Source: Anthoceros angustus
Lineage: Eukaryota; Plantae; Anthocerotophyta
Direction: 5' to 3'
Assembly: GCA_010909165.1 (NCBI GenBank)
Contig: VJWM01000289.1
Span: 1-64,000 of the forward strand
DNA length: 64,000 nucleotides
Shown piece after piece: positions 47,764-60,947 of the stretch (positions are counted from its first letter, which is position 1; every line of letters begins with the position of its first letter). The translations under genes were made by a program, and so were the position numbers. The notes beneath the pieces are model-generated. The model saw nothing but the letters and a program-made list of their open reading frames with translations. It did not search any database and had not been told where the DNA came from.

Positions 47764-50700
47764 TCATGGTCGACCCTTACAACTGCAAGAACCAGCAGCA
47801 AATCGGTGCACTCGATACCCATCCCTTACAACAATGTCTCTCTTTTCAACCTTTGACATGATCTCCGTAGAACTGTGGCAGTCGCTACACATGCGTAGAT
47901 TCTTCGTTACCACCAGAGGTGTGCCACTCGGAGTGTTCAAGAGACCAAACGCGAGAGCTAGCTTCTCGGCATGCCCGCAAAGCGCATCTTCCTTTTCTTT
48001 CTCAGAGAGTGGCTTCAAAACCAACTTTGTGTGTGGTACGTGGCCCCCTTCCTGCTTCAGACGTGCATTTGTGCTCTCTACCTTTAGCGCAATATCATCT
48101 CTTCTTTCTCCCACCGAAAAGGTATGTATCTGCTTCTTCACCTCAATGCCCGCCACTGCAGGTTTCTTGTTAGCTCCTGCTACCTTCCTTTGTGTTTCAA
48201 TCCTGTGTACATCAGTCCACCTACCTGCATCTGCATAGGTATTGGCCATGAGTACATATGCAGATGCCCCCTGAGGCTCCAGTCTAACGAGACTTTCAAA
48301 ACACCGGGTTGCCCTCTCTATATCCCCGTGACTTTTGCAGGCATTCAGCAAAGAAGTCCAACCCACAACATTGCTTTGGCTCTCACATGATAACAGCATG
48401 TTCTCTGCCTCATCTAAATGGCCTGCACGCCCAAGAAGATCAATCATGCAATTGTAATGCTCAATAGTAGGTTTGATGCCATGGTGTTGAACCATGGAAT
48501 CGAAGTGCCTGCAACCCTCATTCACCAGTCCCTCATGACTGCATGCCACTAAAACGCAAGTAAAAGTAGTATCATCCGGCTGAATACCGGAAACTAACAT
48601 CTCCTCAAAACAAGCTAGTGCACTGTGACCTTCATCACAAGCACCACACCCAGCTATCAGGGCATTCCATGTCACCACACTTTTTGTGGCCAAGCTGTCA
48701 AAAACCTCCCGTGCAACTTCCAGTTCACCACACTTTGCATACAAGTCTATCAGGCAAGTGCCTACAAGTATGCTATCCAGCTGTCCACTTTCCACAATCT
48801 GAGTGTGTAGCTGTCTGCCCTTTTGTAAGGCACCAGCACCTGCACAGGCTTTCAGAAGGCAAGCAAAAGTAACCTCGTCAGCCACCGTGAGGCCCTCCTG
48901 CTCCATTTGTCCATAGAGAATAAGCGCCTCTTTGCTGAGATCTTGTTGTGCATACCCAGCAATCAGGGTCGTCCATGTCACCACATCCTTTGTAGTCAAG
49001 CTGTCAAAAACCTGCGTGCTTCCTCCAATTCGCCACACTTTGCATACATGTCCACCAGGCAAGTGCCTACAAGCATGTGATCTAGCTGTCCTCTTTCCAC
49101 ACAATCTGTGTGTGCAGCTGCCTGCCCTGTAAGGCACCAGTGCTTGCACAGGCTTTCAGAAGGCAAGCAAAAGTAACATGGTCAGCCACAATCAGGCCCT
49201 CCTGCTCCATTTGTCCATACAGAACAAGCGCCTCTTGCCAAGTCCTTGCATACCCTATCAGGGCATTCCATGTCACCACATCCTTTGTGGCCAAGCTGTC
49301 AAAAACCCTGCATCTTCCAGTTCGCCACACTTTGCATACATGTCCACCAGGCAAGTGCCTACAAGCATGTGATCTAGCTGTCCTCTTTCCACAATCTGTG
49401 TGTGCAGCTGCCTGCCCTTCTGTAAGGCACCAGTGCTTGCACAGGCTTTCAGAAGGCAAGCAAAAGTTACATGGTTCCCCACAATCAGGCCCTCCTGCTC
49501 CATTTGTTCATACAGAACGAGCGCCTCCTTGCCAAGTCCATGATTAGCGTACCCTGAAATCAGGGCAGTCCATGTCACCACATTTTTTGTGGTCAAGCTG
49601 TCAAACACTCCGCGTGCATCTTCCAGTTCGCCACACTTTGCATACATGTCTACCAGGGAAGTTCCCACAAGCATGTTATCTAGCTGTCCTCTTTCCACAA
49701 TCAGTGAGTGCAGCTGCCTGCCCTCCTGTAAGGAACCAGTAATTGCACAGGCCTTGAGAAGGCAAGCAAAGGTGATATGGTTACCAACAATCAGGCCCTC
49801 CTGCTTCATTTGTCCATACAGAACAAGCGCCTCTTGCCCTAGCCCATGACTTGCATATCCAGCTATCAGGGCATTCCATGTCACCACATCCTTTGTGGTC
49901 AAGGTGTCAAAAACCCGGCGTGCATCTTGAAGTTCGCCACACTTTGCATACATGTCCACCAGGCAAGTACCCACAAGTATGTTCTGTAGGTGTCCTCTTG
50001 CTATAATCTGAGAGTGCAGCTGCCTGCCCTCCTTTAAGGCACCGGTTATTGCACAGGCCTTAAGAAGGCAAGCAAAAGTGACATGGTTACCCACGATCAG
50101 GCCCTCCTGCTCCATTTGTCCATACAAAATAAGCGCCTGTGGTCCCATACCATGATTTGCATACCCAGATATCAGGGAATTCCACGTCACCACATCCTTT
50201 GTAACCAAGCTGTCGAAAACCCTGCGTGCATCTTCCAGTTCGCCACATTTTGCATACATGTCCACCAGGCAGCTGCCAACAAACAAGTTAGGAGGAATGC
50301 CACTATGCAACACATCACAATGCACTTTTCTGCCAGATTCCAAGTCCGCAACGGATGCACAAGCTTGAAGGACTGCTACAAAGACATGGGGATTCGCCTT
50401 CACACCTGAGCTACGCATCTCACGGTACAGTTTTATGGCCTCATTAGGCTTCCCATGTTTACCATGAGCAGAAATTATGGAAAACCACATGAAGGCATCT
50501 GGTTTGCCCATCCTGGTGAACACATCCATGGCCTCCTGTAGCCTACCTCGACATGCATACATGCGTAAGATATGGTTTCCCACGGATGTATTTGACTCGT
50601 ACCCAAGTTGGACCGTGAGATGATGAACTCGCCGTCCCACAGCCACATCCTTCTTGGCTGCACATAGTTTTAGCACTGTACAGAACAGAGCCTGAGAAAT

Positions 50701-51273
50701 AGGCGAGTCTGTCTGGGCCAAAGCTTCCAGAACTCCAACGGCCTCAGTAAGCTTTCCCTGCTGACATAACGTGTTCACTGTTGCAGGTGTTACGGCGCTC
50801 ATTTCCGATCTTGTATGCCTGCCAGGGTCAGGCTTGTCCGGAGAGGTCGATTTGGAAGTAAAGGCAGCATGCCCCATCTTCATATCCAATGAAACGAGCT
50901 GCTCATCCACCCAAGCTGGCTTGAGTGTGCTGTTTAACCAGAGGACCTCGCCGGACCCCTTACGCCGGAAGTCAGGCGAGCGAGTGCTCTTTTTAACTCC
51001 CCTGTTATCCCACCACATTGCAGGGTCCAGAAAATATTGTCGCCACAACGACTCTTGCTCCTGCTCCTGCCGACCGACATCACTAGAAAATCCTTCCCTA
51101 GCCATCCATGTTGTCGGAAGTGCTAATTTCTTTACACTGCTGCACCTGGAGGCCTGGTTGTTTGCCACCGACTGACTCCCTAAGGTGAGGTGAGCGGGAG
51201 CTGCTGGTAGAATCCCTCTACACCCACCGATTTGTTCGATCCACAAGGGATCCGGTTGCCATACTGTGGCCAT
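47764..51273 (-). CDS. PPR-G: PDF + PLS + E + DYW:KP (GRP), frameshifts around a duplicated segment at 49020-49470
   Basis: ORFs 49273-51273 (666 aa) and 47764-49149 (ends CSCKGRP). Confidence 0.9.
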
Positions 51274-51689
51274 CTTCCAGGCACCACAAGCTTGCTATGC
51301 AAGCAGTGGCAGGATGCCTAGGTACTCTGCAAGGTAACCATGGTGACTCCACCCTTGGCACGAGGAGGGCAGACGGTTCACCGATGCAACCCAAGAGAAT
51401 AGCCACAGCAAGATGATGCAGCCGCAGGAGGTTGTTGGCCACGGGCCTATTCGACTACCAATACACGGAGTGTTTCCTCAGTCATGTCGGAATGTAGTCG
51501 ATGTGCTTGTGAAACTACATAAGACGACCACCAGAGTTTGAGAAACAGTATAAAAGAGGTCCTGTACCAAAGTACATAAGTGTGTCAACTGGTGACTGTG
51601 ACAATTGAAGTTTGATGCGTCTCAGCACACAGACGTTGTGCGGGCTAGTTTCATTGAGCTATTTTTCACACTGGCAACTTATCAATGAC

Positions 51690-54600
51690 TCAAATGATCC
51701 TAAACGTGGGGAATGTCCGTGGAGGAAGGAGGCTCCATTGCGCTCCCTTTTTGTCTGTACAGACACAATGCGTGCTGATTTGATACACCCCACAAGGTAA
51801 CCTCCTGACATCTAGCATGCAGGACGCAAAGCCTCTGCCTGATTCATCTAGTGGGACGGAAACAAAGCACCTTGGCTCGCTGTCTTGCCCTCCATTGCCA
51901 GTCTTGTCCGCCAATCCCCTCTCCCTCATCACCAGTTCTTCAGTCAATGCCACATCGAACAGCTGGTCAACATGCTTGCCTTCATGCCAACCAACTCTCC
52001 ATCCTACGCAAGCATCTTCCTCTTGTGAAACTGTGGTCTTGGCAGGTTGGACAGTAAGTGCGCAACAGAGAGATTTTCCTCTAGTTTTGGGTAGAAAATG
52101 AACCACTAGGAAACCCAGACCCAAGGAAAGGAAAGATCCTTCCTTAATGGACATTTCACCGCTTCCAAGCTGTGCAACAAGCACCTCAAACCCAGTTCGT
52201 GGTCTGCAGTCGCAAACAGGGACGGTTAGTATGCTGTTTTTCCGGAGCCTTACTCGCACACGGACCTTGCAACAGACGCGCCTCATGAGAGGGCTTCACT
52301 CACCTTGTACTGAAGAAGCAGCTTGGAAGCAACCACGGTAAGGCTGCCCATTTATCTAGCAACTTCTTTAGGAAAGAAAGGCCTTGGAATTGAAGCCAGG
52401 GCAAACTATTGCTTTTGGAACGCATTTGGTATAAGATGACCACTTCTTGGACTGCCCACCTGCAAACACGCAGAAGTGGCTGTCCAGGGGATGCAGAACA
52501 GAAGATGGCCCTCAAGCCATCACTTGTGCCATGAATAGCTCCATACTCCAGGCACAGAAGAGTAAGATCTTCCCACTCATCTCCATATGCATGTTCAAGG
52601 CGTTGCAGCAAATCGTATACTGCAAGGCCTATGTCTACATGGGTGGATGTGACCTCGGGCTTTGCACCAGAGACCTTTGGGAAAAGCGCAAAGGTAATGC
52701 AAAATGCCAATAAGGAGCACTGTAGGCTGGCCTGAGAGAGAATCTGTAGACTTTCTAGATCCGTGCCCATGAAACTGAGACAAAGCAGATCAAACTCCTC
52801 CGATAATCTTTTGAACTCAGAAGCCAGCCAGTCAGCCTTTTCAGCAATGGCTTGCAGCCTAGAAGCCGTAACAGCTGAATCCAGCTTCTCCACTTCACTA
52901 AGGGATGCAGGGGGGCTTGGACCTTGCTTTATGAACATCATGTCTAGAGTCCCCAAGTCTACCAGTCCCACCAGTTCTGCAGTTCGTTGAAGCATGGATC
53001 GTCTGAGTGTTATGAACCACCGTTGAAATTCAAAAGATCGATCAAGACACACACCAGCACCCAGAATTTGAATTGCATTATGAAAGAGAGGTAAGGAAGC
53101 CACTGCTCGTTCTGCATATACAGTTCGACCACCATCTTCATTCCTCTGGTCATGACACCTAGGTCCTCGTACCTGCTCATTGGAATCCAGAAAAATTATC
53201 TTAGCAGGAGGACAATCTGTGATGCTCATCATCACATCAACCTCCATTGCCTGATGAGCATCGTTGCCCTTCTCTGCAGAACCCCCATGAAGGACATCCA
53301 CAGTGGCCACTGTCCTCCCCTGGCAAAGAATTGCCTCAGCCCTTGACACTTGTGCAAGCGCATCAAGCCATAGATGGGAGCCCTCTGACATAACTTTGTC
53401 TCTCAAGCAAATGAAAGTGGACTCTGCCAGTGGCCACTGACACGCATAGGCAGCTTGCTCTCCAACTTTGTAGAGAGCCCAATACTTGGATCTTAATCTC
53501 ATTGTCTCACCTGCTTTGAAAATGCTTATTCTAAGATGTTCGGTAGAGATATCTGTAGGGCTTGCCGGCTGCGGTTTGGAGTTCTGCTGCTGAAACTGTT
53601 GGGACTTCCCAACTGGCAGAATGTCGCAGTGGCTTTTTAGTCGATGGTTGATAGATGCTTTGACCGCCACAGGCAGCAGACACATGAGGAGATCACCTGA
53701 AGTTTCAGCATCAGCAAGATATGTCGCAAGGCTGCACAGCCGAGAGCAAATCAGGCCATAAGTCTGTTCTTCCACAGCATCAGTCACACAGGCTTGTAAA
53801 CATCGAAACAAGATTGATACTAATCGCAGAATGGATGGGGCTTCTCCAGTGGCGACCTCTCTTATCTCATCCTGTGAGCCCTCTGTTGAAATGGTTCTTC
53901 CATCTATTTTCATATCAGTCGAACCTCTTTCCAACTGCTTTTCCATACTTTGTGGCGAAGTTCTGGTTGCCAGGGACTCCAACACACCAGCCAAGTAGTC
54001 AACCATGGTAAATCCTACTTTAGGACAACCTCGAACTATGCGTGCCAGCAGACGACACAGAGTAGTACATCTTTCATGTCTTGAAGGTTCTCCTGATTGA
54101 TAAGATTTTCCATGAAAATCATGTTCATCCCCTGGCTGCTCCAACAGAAAAGTGGCTGCCACCTGGTCACAGAGTAGTAGCGTAACCCGTATTGGAAGAT
54201 CAAGCTGAATTGATCTTTGATCGGGGCTAGCTGAAGTTGCGTCAGCCTTCCTCTGGGTAAACGGAGAGTCAACTTTGGTTCCAGCTGGTAAGCTGCCCTT
54301 ACGCTCTGTTGTACTGCAAGCCAGTTCCACCAGCAGAGCCAAAGATGCTTGGACAACTGACCAGTCACAATGTAATGAAAACAGTTCAGACAGGCTTACT
54401 AACTCCTCTACACGGCTACTATGCGTTGCAGCAATGTAGGAGGGTACAAGCTGCATACAACAAAACAAGAGGTGATTATTGCAAGACTGAGGACTCGTCA
54501 ATACCCAGACAAACGCAATGGATATCAACAGTGCAGACATGCTGCAACATAAAGAACGCCCTAAGATAACACAATGCAGAGTTGATAGTAACAAAAAACG

Positions 54601-56118
54601 CAAGAGCAGAACTACAGTGTGGTGGTAAAAACTGGATACTTGGAAGGTGAAGTTGCTACCTTTCGCAAAAGCTGAAAGGTAGACACATGTAGAATAGATG
54701 GTGGGCCAGGCTCACACAAAACAGCAGATAGGAGATCAAAGTCTTCCCCTGTGAGTAAGCATGAGAGTTTTGCTTGTGAAGCCAGCTTGATAAGACAGTA
54801 CAGTGCCACTGCCCTGATATTGGCCCGCGGGTCGGAGCTGACATAAGAGAGAAGCAGTTTCACCTGCACTAATTTGAATGTCACGAATCTTGAGAAGAAG
54901 TTGAAAATCAAAAGTGCATGAACACCACAGTTTCCCGTCAGAAAAGAACCATGCAAGCCCAATACGTAAATAAGTCTTCACCTGTTGTTCCATGGTCTCT
55001 AATGCTTGGGTAGCAAGCTTTGTAAGAGCCAGCAAAACCGTCTTTACAAGGTCTTCAGCAGGAAGCCGTAGCATTAGGTTTCTGCCCGCCTGAACATGAA
55101 GGCAAACCAGTTCACTAGTTGAAATGCAAAGAATACGCACTTTTTCATGAGGTGGAGATCTGTGACCAACCTCATGGGTTTCAAGTGACAATTGAGGTGA
55201 CAGGCTCATTTTTGCAAAAATTCTGGCAGCTAGTCTTTTAAGTTCAGGGGGTGTCGCCATGGCATTCACCAAACCCACAATTTTCTCCAGCGCTTGTGCT
55301 GAAAACACCACTGACACTTCACAAAGGCAGCCAATTGCAAAAAATGCCCCTTCAACCTTCACAAGCATATACACAAGAGCTACAATATCAGATGTTAGTC
55401 AGTAATAGCATCAACAAGGCTTGCCAGTGAAACAGTCTACACATACAGGGTTGACCTGACACATGAAGGATATACCTCTTGGCGATGTGGGGATTGGACA
55501 GCATCCAAGACGAGACGATGCACATCCATGCTGTCACTGGCTAGATCAGCAAGACAACCAATTGCTCGTAAAGCAAGTGCCCTAGCTACTTGATCCCCAC
55601 TGTCCAGAACAGCCTTCAACCTGCGAACTGGCACTTCATAATTCGGGATCCTACCTTTTGTGAGCAAGCCTGCATGACCTTTAGCCCTTGATTGCTTACG
55701 GCCTCTGTACTCAAGAAGAAACACTTTCAGAATGCACAGTCTTGTAAAATTGCTTCCATGCTGGAAAGCATCCGCAAGACGCCTAACAATAGCGTTTGCC
55801 AAGACTTGATCCTGTCCGGGTTCCAACTTGAAGAGGCTCGCTGTGATTTCTGCAACAACAGGCTCTTGGCTAAGCTTCAGGAGCCGAGGACCCAGTCTCA
55901 GAGCTGCCTCAACTTGAGCTCCTGTAAGAAAAACAGCAAAAGGTTCAGGCCCTCCTTCACGTTCGTGAGCCCATGTGCACTCCAGAAGACTGAAGGTCAC
56001 CTGAACGAAGGCCACGATCGAGCTCCACATTCCAGTCCAGGACCTTTGCAGCAGCTATGTCCCCCCTCACCGCAGGTGCTGTGGCACCTCCATGGCCAGC
56101 CTGTCCTTGGCGCATCAT
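51690..56118 (-). CDS. INTS7: Integrator complex subunit 7 (multi-exon)
   Basis: VLDWNVELDRGLRS; VEAALRLGPRL; NAIVRRLADAFQHGSNFTRLCILKVF; SGDQVARALALRAIGCLA; C-terminal GRGFASCMLDVRRLPCGVYQI...WSLLP. Confidence 0.88.
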
Positions 56119-56375
56119 GGCTTTACGATTGGACAGCTAATCTGGAATACAAAGTGCCTGACTAACGCGAGCCTGCCACCGACCATGGAATGTCAGGGAA
56201 AATTCTCGTCAATCTAATAATGTTCAAACCATGAGCAGTTGCTGCATCTCCAGGAAGCAGAAATGATGCCAATCCGACAAACATCTTACAATAACCTAGT
56301 CTGCTGAAGGTGACGAAGATCTGCAAGTGTCTGCCGGTTTAAGTGATCCCTGCCGCAGCAACCCTGGGCCTGGAC

Positions 56376-57070
56376 ATGGGAGTCTGGGACAAGCTGCCTG
56401 CCGAGCTTCTGGAGAAGGTGCTCTTGCCGGGCCCGGCATGGCCCCAGCTGCGGTTCCGCCCGAGTTGCAAGAATTGCAAGCCTCTCGGAAATGAGGCCAC
56501 GCTTACCGCCGTGCAACCTTCAAAGCGCTCACTCTGGACTGGTAGTTTCTTCCCGCAAGATGTAAACCATGGCCTCCCTGAGGTCCCCCCTCCTGCAGAA
56601 CCGCAGGTAGCAGTAGTGGTTACCACATAGCTGTTTTCAGGCTCGTCGGTAGGCCATTCACACTAGGGAGCTGAGTCTTGATACATTCATGAACGATCTG
56701 ACAAGTAGGCTGATCAGGAAGTAGTCCTTACAGCATGCTGACAGTCATCTCCCTGCTCCTGAGCAGAGTGTGCTCTGCAGTGGGCGGAGCTGACGGAAAC
56801 CCCAAGTGCATGTGCAGAGTGAGTGCTTTCATTCCTGTGAGCGTTTGAAAATGAGTGACATTCTGGACCCGATTTTGCAGGGAGTCGTGTGTGCTGAGGA
56901 GTGGAACTCAAAGACAGGCGACCGTGCTCACCTTCCATTACCAACAGATTTTGAGAACGTCGCAGACCGTGTGTACAAATTTTGAGGGGCTTGTTGAGAA
57001 ACTGCCCAGCATGCAAGGGAGGTCATGCTTTGTCATTAATCCACTACAGCCGGCTATCGGACATGTATAA
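56376..57070 (+). pseudogene. F-box protein fragment
   Basis: MGVWDKLPAELLEKVLL...LRFRPSCK resembles an F-box start; later CFVINPL; interrupted frames. Confidence 0.6.
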
Positions 57071-58267
57071 GTATTGCACACAACTTACGTATGCAACATA
57101 GGACTTTTACATTCATACGAGTAGGTCCGGCAATGGTTGGGTCACCAAATGTCACCATGTCTCAAAGCTTATAAGCTTGTAAGTTCACATTATTATAAGT
57201 TATATCATATAGAGTGGTATTTGTATTTAAGATCAATGTGGGTTGAGATATAGTCATTATTATTAAATAATTTAAAATAATATATCATTAATATATATAT
57301 TATAATTTTCTTTTAAGTAAAATTTTAAGTACAACTCATTAGAATTATATTGGTACTTATTTCTTGTGTTCACATATTGTGTTAAATTGAACTAAAAGAA
57401 CATCGCATTTTATAGTCTCCACCCAAGAAACTGAGCTGGCCTCATTTGGCACAGTTTGACCTCAATTTCATGGATTAATTTTGGACTTTCCTCTTTGGTT
57501 CTTTGTTTGATCTCGTTCCCTAATTAATTTTTTGAGTTCTTTGCCTTATTGTAGGTGGATAATAAAGTGAAAAAAAACTACATGAGTATGAGATAAAAAT
57601 CCATTCATGTTTAAAGGTTTGAGGGGAGTACATTGTTGCATGTTGTTTGAAGTAACTCCATTGGATGGGTTTGTACTGTAGTGATAAAAGTTATTCCTTG
57701 ATCAAACTTGATCGAATGGGTGGATCTTGAATGGATGAATGAATAATAGACACAATAATTAGAGTAACCAGGTTGACAAGAATATACAAATATAAGTATA
57801 TTCCAATGTGTACTTGAGATACTCGTTTGAGGAACAAAAAGGTTGTTGAACATATTTCATCCAAATTCAAATCCAATGTGGAATGTACAAAGAAAGCTGT
57901 GCAAACTGTGAACTTCCAAAAAGTTCATATACTTAGTTTGTTATTAAATATTGTATGTAAGTTAATCATTTCTATTGTATCATGTCAAACTATAATCATC
58001 AAGGTAAATATTATCCTTGGTCACAAATTTTTTTTCCTCCTGGGATGAGAAGAAAATACTATTTCATATTATAAATAATAAAAATTTTTAAATTTTTAAA
58101 TTTTTAAATTTTTAAATTTTTAATAAAAATTAAAAATTTTATTTAAGGAGGTGAAATTAACATGAATGTATGTTTCAAAAGGTCCCAATTATAATTTAAG
58201 AAAAAATCTCATTTCTATATTGTAAATTAAAGGGAGTAGGATGGGAGGTCCCATTTAGAGAGGAATC

Positions 58268-58303
58268 CCATTTATAGAGTTCCCAATTAGTGGGGGCCGA
58301 CTG
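58268..58303 (-). mobile_element. pogo/Tc1-mariner-like right TIR followed by TA
   Basis: Reverse complement TA-CAGTCGGCCCCCACTAATTGGGAACTCTATAAATGG at the end of an AT-rich block (57070-58300). Confidence 0.5.
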
Positions 58304-59026
58304 TACTACAACAAAGTAATAGTTCACATCTGACGTACCTTAATGGATGGTTCCTTTGGCTAAGAGATCCGCGTGCTCGGGAGTTTTTGCAATACAAACC
58401 GGTCCACTCCAAATAGAGATCCGCCTGCTGCTGCCTTCATGCCGAAGCTTCCTGTATTGGATTCAGTCAACGTCGGACTCTCGATCAGAACGAGGAGCAG
58501 GAAAATGGGTGGAGGGTGCGGCCTGCTCTGGGGAGCCGTACCAACTTCAGTTCAGCATCTTTGCTGCTTCCTTGCTTGTTGCGGCCTGAAGTGTTGGGGG
58601 CGGCTGGTCCCATGTTAGCCAGCATTACTTGAATGTCGTTCAGCCTCGAAGACTTGTGCTGTGATTGATTGTACTGTGTAACACATTGACGTGGGTACAG
58701 TCATCCAGCACCCATAACCTGTTCCTACATATGTAGATCTGGTCCTTAGCTTGGAAATGACTGTTTCTGGAAGGGTTTCCTGAACAGGAAGAGGAAGGGT
58801 AGAGTGTAAGTAGCTTCCGAGCAGGGAATTGGTCAAGCTTGTGGTTTGGTTCTCGGCAGACATCAGCCGATCCGTTGCGTACCAGCTTGAATGAGGTACT
58901 CCTTGCTTCATTTCAGTGCTCACTGGGTTGGGAGCTTGGGTGACCCGGATGTGCTTCAGGAAAGCTGGTGGAGTGTGCTGAGTTTCTCTTTGTCATTTGC
59001 AGCTTTCTCCGCCTCATCGGACCACC

Positions 59027-60796
59027 ATGAGCGGGCTTATGTCGTGGGGGCGCGGTAGAGAGACACCTCAGGAGCCAACGGAGCTGGAAGTGGAGCCGAG
59101 CAGGTTGTTCCAGGAGCTTCTGGCGTTGGTTGCGTCTTTAGAATGCCACTGCAAGGGCCTGAACGAGATTGTGGGCCAGGTGAAGGAGGACTCTAAGGCT
59201 TGGCAGAAGAAGCTGCAGCCGTTTGGGAGCTTGGATGATGAAAAGGCCCTGAGGGCAGGTGGGAGGCAAGATTGGGCCTCGAAACTGGGGATGCGGCCTA
59301 ACAGGTGGAAGTCGGGTGGATCAGGCGGGTCCAGAGATGCGCACGGGTTCAGCTCGCAGCTTGTCCTCAACGACCAGTCAGTGGAGAGGGAAGAAGAACG
59401 TTCAAGCCCTGATCAGCGTGTGGTGCTCGGTGAGCAGCATGGTGGATCGGTCAGGTCTGTGTCGGATCCGACCCGGCAAGTGCAGTATGACGAAGAGCAG
59501 TGGAGCCAGGGAAGGGCTGAGCTTGCGGAGAGGGTGGAGCATTCACTTTCCAGACCTCGCCCAAGGCAGTACCAGGACTTACTCGCTTTAGCCGGTCAGT
59601 TTGCCGACCGTTATCAGCAGATGGCTATCGCAATTGAAGAGAAGGGAGGGACATGTGAAAGACGGGTTCTGGCGATTTTCGCGCGCCACGAGAAACTGAG
59701 GAATTTCCTGGTGCAAATGAAGCTACTTCCGAAACGGAAGGCAGTCGATCCGGGTCGGCAAATTCTGGAGGAGCTTGAGGGCAAGCCAGTGGATTACGAT
59801 CTCTATGTCCAGATGGTGGGTGAGCTGCTGGCAAGCAACGCGCATCTGGAAAGTTGTCGTGAAGAAGATTTTCAACGCTTCCAAGCTGCTTTCAGGGAGG
59901 CACGGGTAGAGACAGAGAGGGTTCGAAGCGAGATGGCAGCCATTTTGCGAGGAAAGGATGAGCAGATTCAAAGCTTGAACCAGCATCTGAACATGTTTGA
60001 ACAGGAGAAAGCGAAATCCCAACAGAATGGGTCTTACTTGGACACGTCGGCGTCGCCTCCACTGCTTGATGACTGTGTCAAGAACGTGAGGGAGAGGCTG
60101 ATGAGGTTTTGCAGAGAGTATGACGCTGCGCATAAAGAAGCCGGGATAAGCTACCAGCTTCCGGAGGATGACACTGACAACATTGAGGTAGTACACAGCA
60201 TGCGTTTCGCGAGAAAAGTGCACAAAACCAAGTATACCGCTGCGTATGCCATCTCGACGGGTATGTTCCGCGCCTTCGAAGTGGATGGCTTTGACATAAA
60301 CCAAGGATATTTCTGCCCCACATTGGATTTGGAGGAGGCTAAAGCACTGTGCTTCAAGGAGTTTCAGGACCTCAAGAGCAGACTCACATTCGAGTACATA
60401 TCAGAGCTCTGGGAAAGGAAGGAAAGATCAAGCAGTGAAGCCCGCTTTGCACGGTTTCTTGACCAGAAGATAGCCACCATCACGCCGTTACAGCTTCAGC
60501 ATATTCTCCAGCAACCGGGTCACCCTTACGTCAGAAGCTTCTGTCTGTTTGCTACTTCGGTGTGGCTTTTGCAGAGGCTGGCCCTGTCCTTTGAGCCACA
60601 TGCAAGGATCTTCCGCGTAAGGAGTGGAGCAGATTTCGACTCAACATATATGGTGAACGTGGTGGATGATGACGACGAGGATGTGGAATCCGCATTCCTG
60701 CCCAAGGTGGGTTTTATGGTTGTTCCAGGGTTTCGAGTCGGCAAGATTATCATCAAAAGCCATGTGTATCAACAGCTCCGCACCGACGAGACATGA
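59027..60796 (+). CDS. IRKI/GIL1-like (DUF641-family-like) protein with long coiled-coil N-terminus, intronless, 589 aa
   Basis: C-terminal SVWLLQRLALSFEPHARIFRVRSGADFDSTYMVNVV...KVGFMVVPGFRVGKIIIKSHVY is characteristic of this plant family. Confidence 0.8.
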   Translation: MSGLMSWGRGRETPQEPTELEVEPSRLFQELLALVASLECHCKGLNEIVGQVKEDSKAWQKKLQPFGSLDDEKALRAGGRQDWASKLGMRPNRWKSGGSGGSRDAHGFSSQLVLNDQSVEREEERSSPDQRVVLGEQHGGSVRSVSDPTRQVQYDEEQWSQGRAELAERVEHSLSRPRPRQYQDLLALAGQFADRYQQMAIAIEEKGGTCERRVLAIFARHEKLRNFLVQMKLLPKRKAVDPGRQILEELEGKPVDYDLYVQMVGELLASNAHLESCREEDFQRFQAAFREARVETERVRSEMAAILRGKDEQIQSLNQHLNMFEQEKAKSQQNGSYLDTSASPPLLDDCVKNVRERLMRFCREYDAAHKEAGISYQLPEDDTDNIEVVHSMRFARKVHKTKYTAAYAISTGMFRAFEVDGFDINQGYFCPTLDLEEAKALCFKEFQDLKSRLTFEYISELWERKERSSSEARFARFLDQKIATITPLQLQHILQQPGHPYVRSFCLFATSVWLLQRLALSFEPHARIFRVRSGADFDSTYMVNVVDDDDEDVESAFLPKVGFMVVPGFRVGKIIIKSHVYQQLRTDET

Positions 60797-60947
60797 CGAA
60801 TCCGACCATCTTAGTTCTAGTTTGTGTAAGACTGGTGCTGCTTCTGCTGCTCACTTGACCTTTTGACCGTATGTACGATCGATTTTTACGTTTGTACTCT
60901 ACATCGTTTTGGAGTGAATTGCCAGCGCTCTACATTCCCTACAACTA

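Noticed and set aside
57611-58048. Degenerate hAT or other transposase in the AT-rich block
   Set aside because: No convincing catalytic or dimerisation motif in any frame
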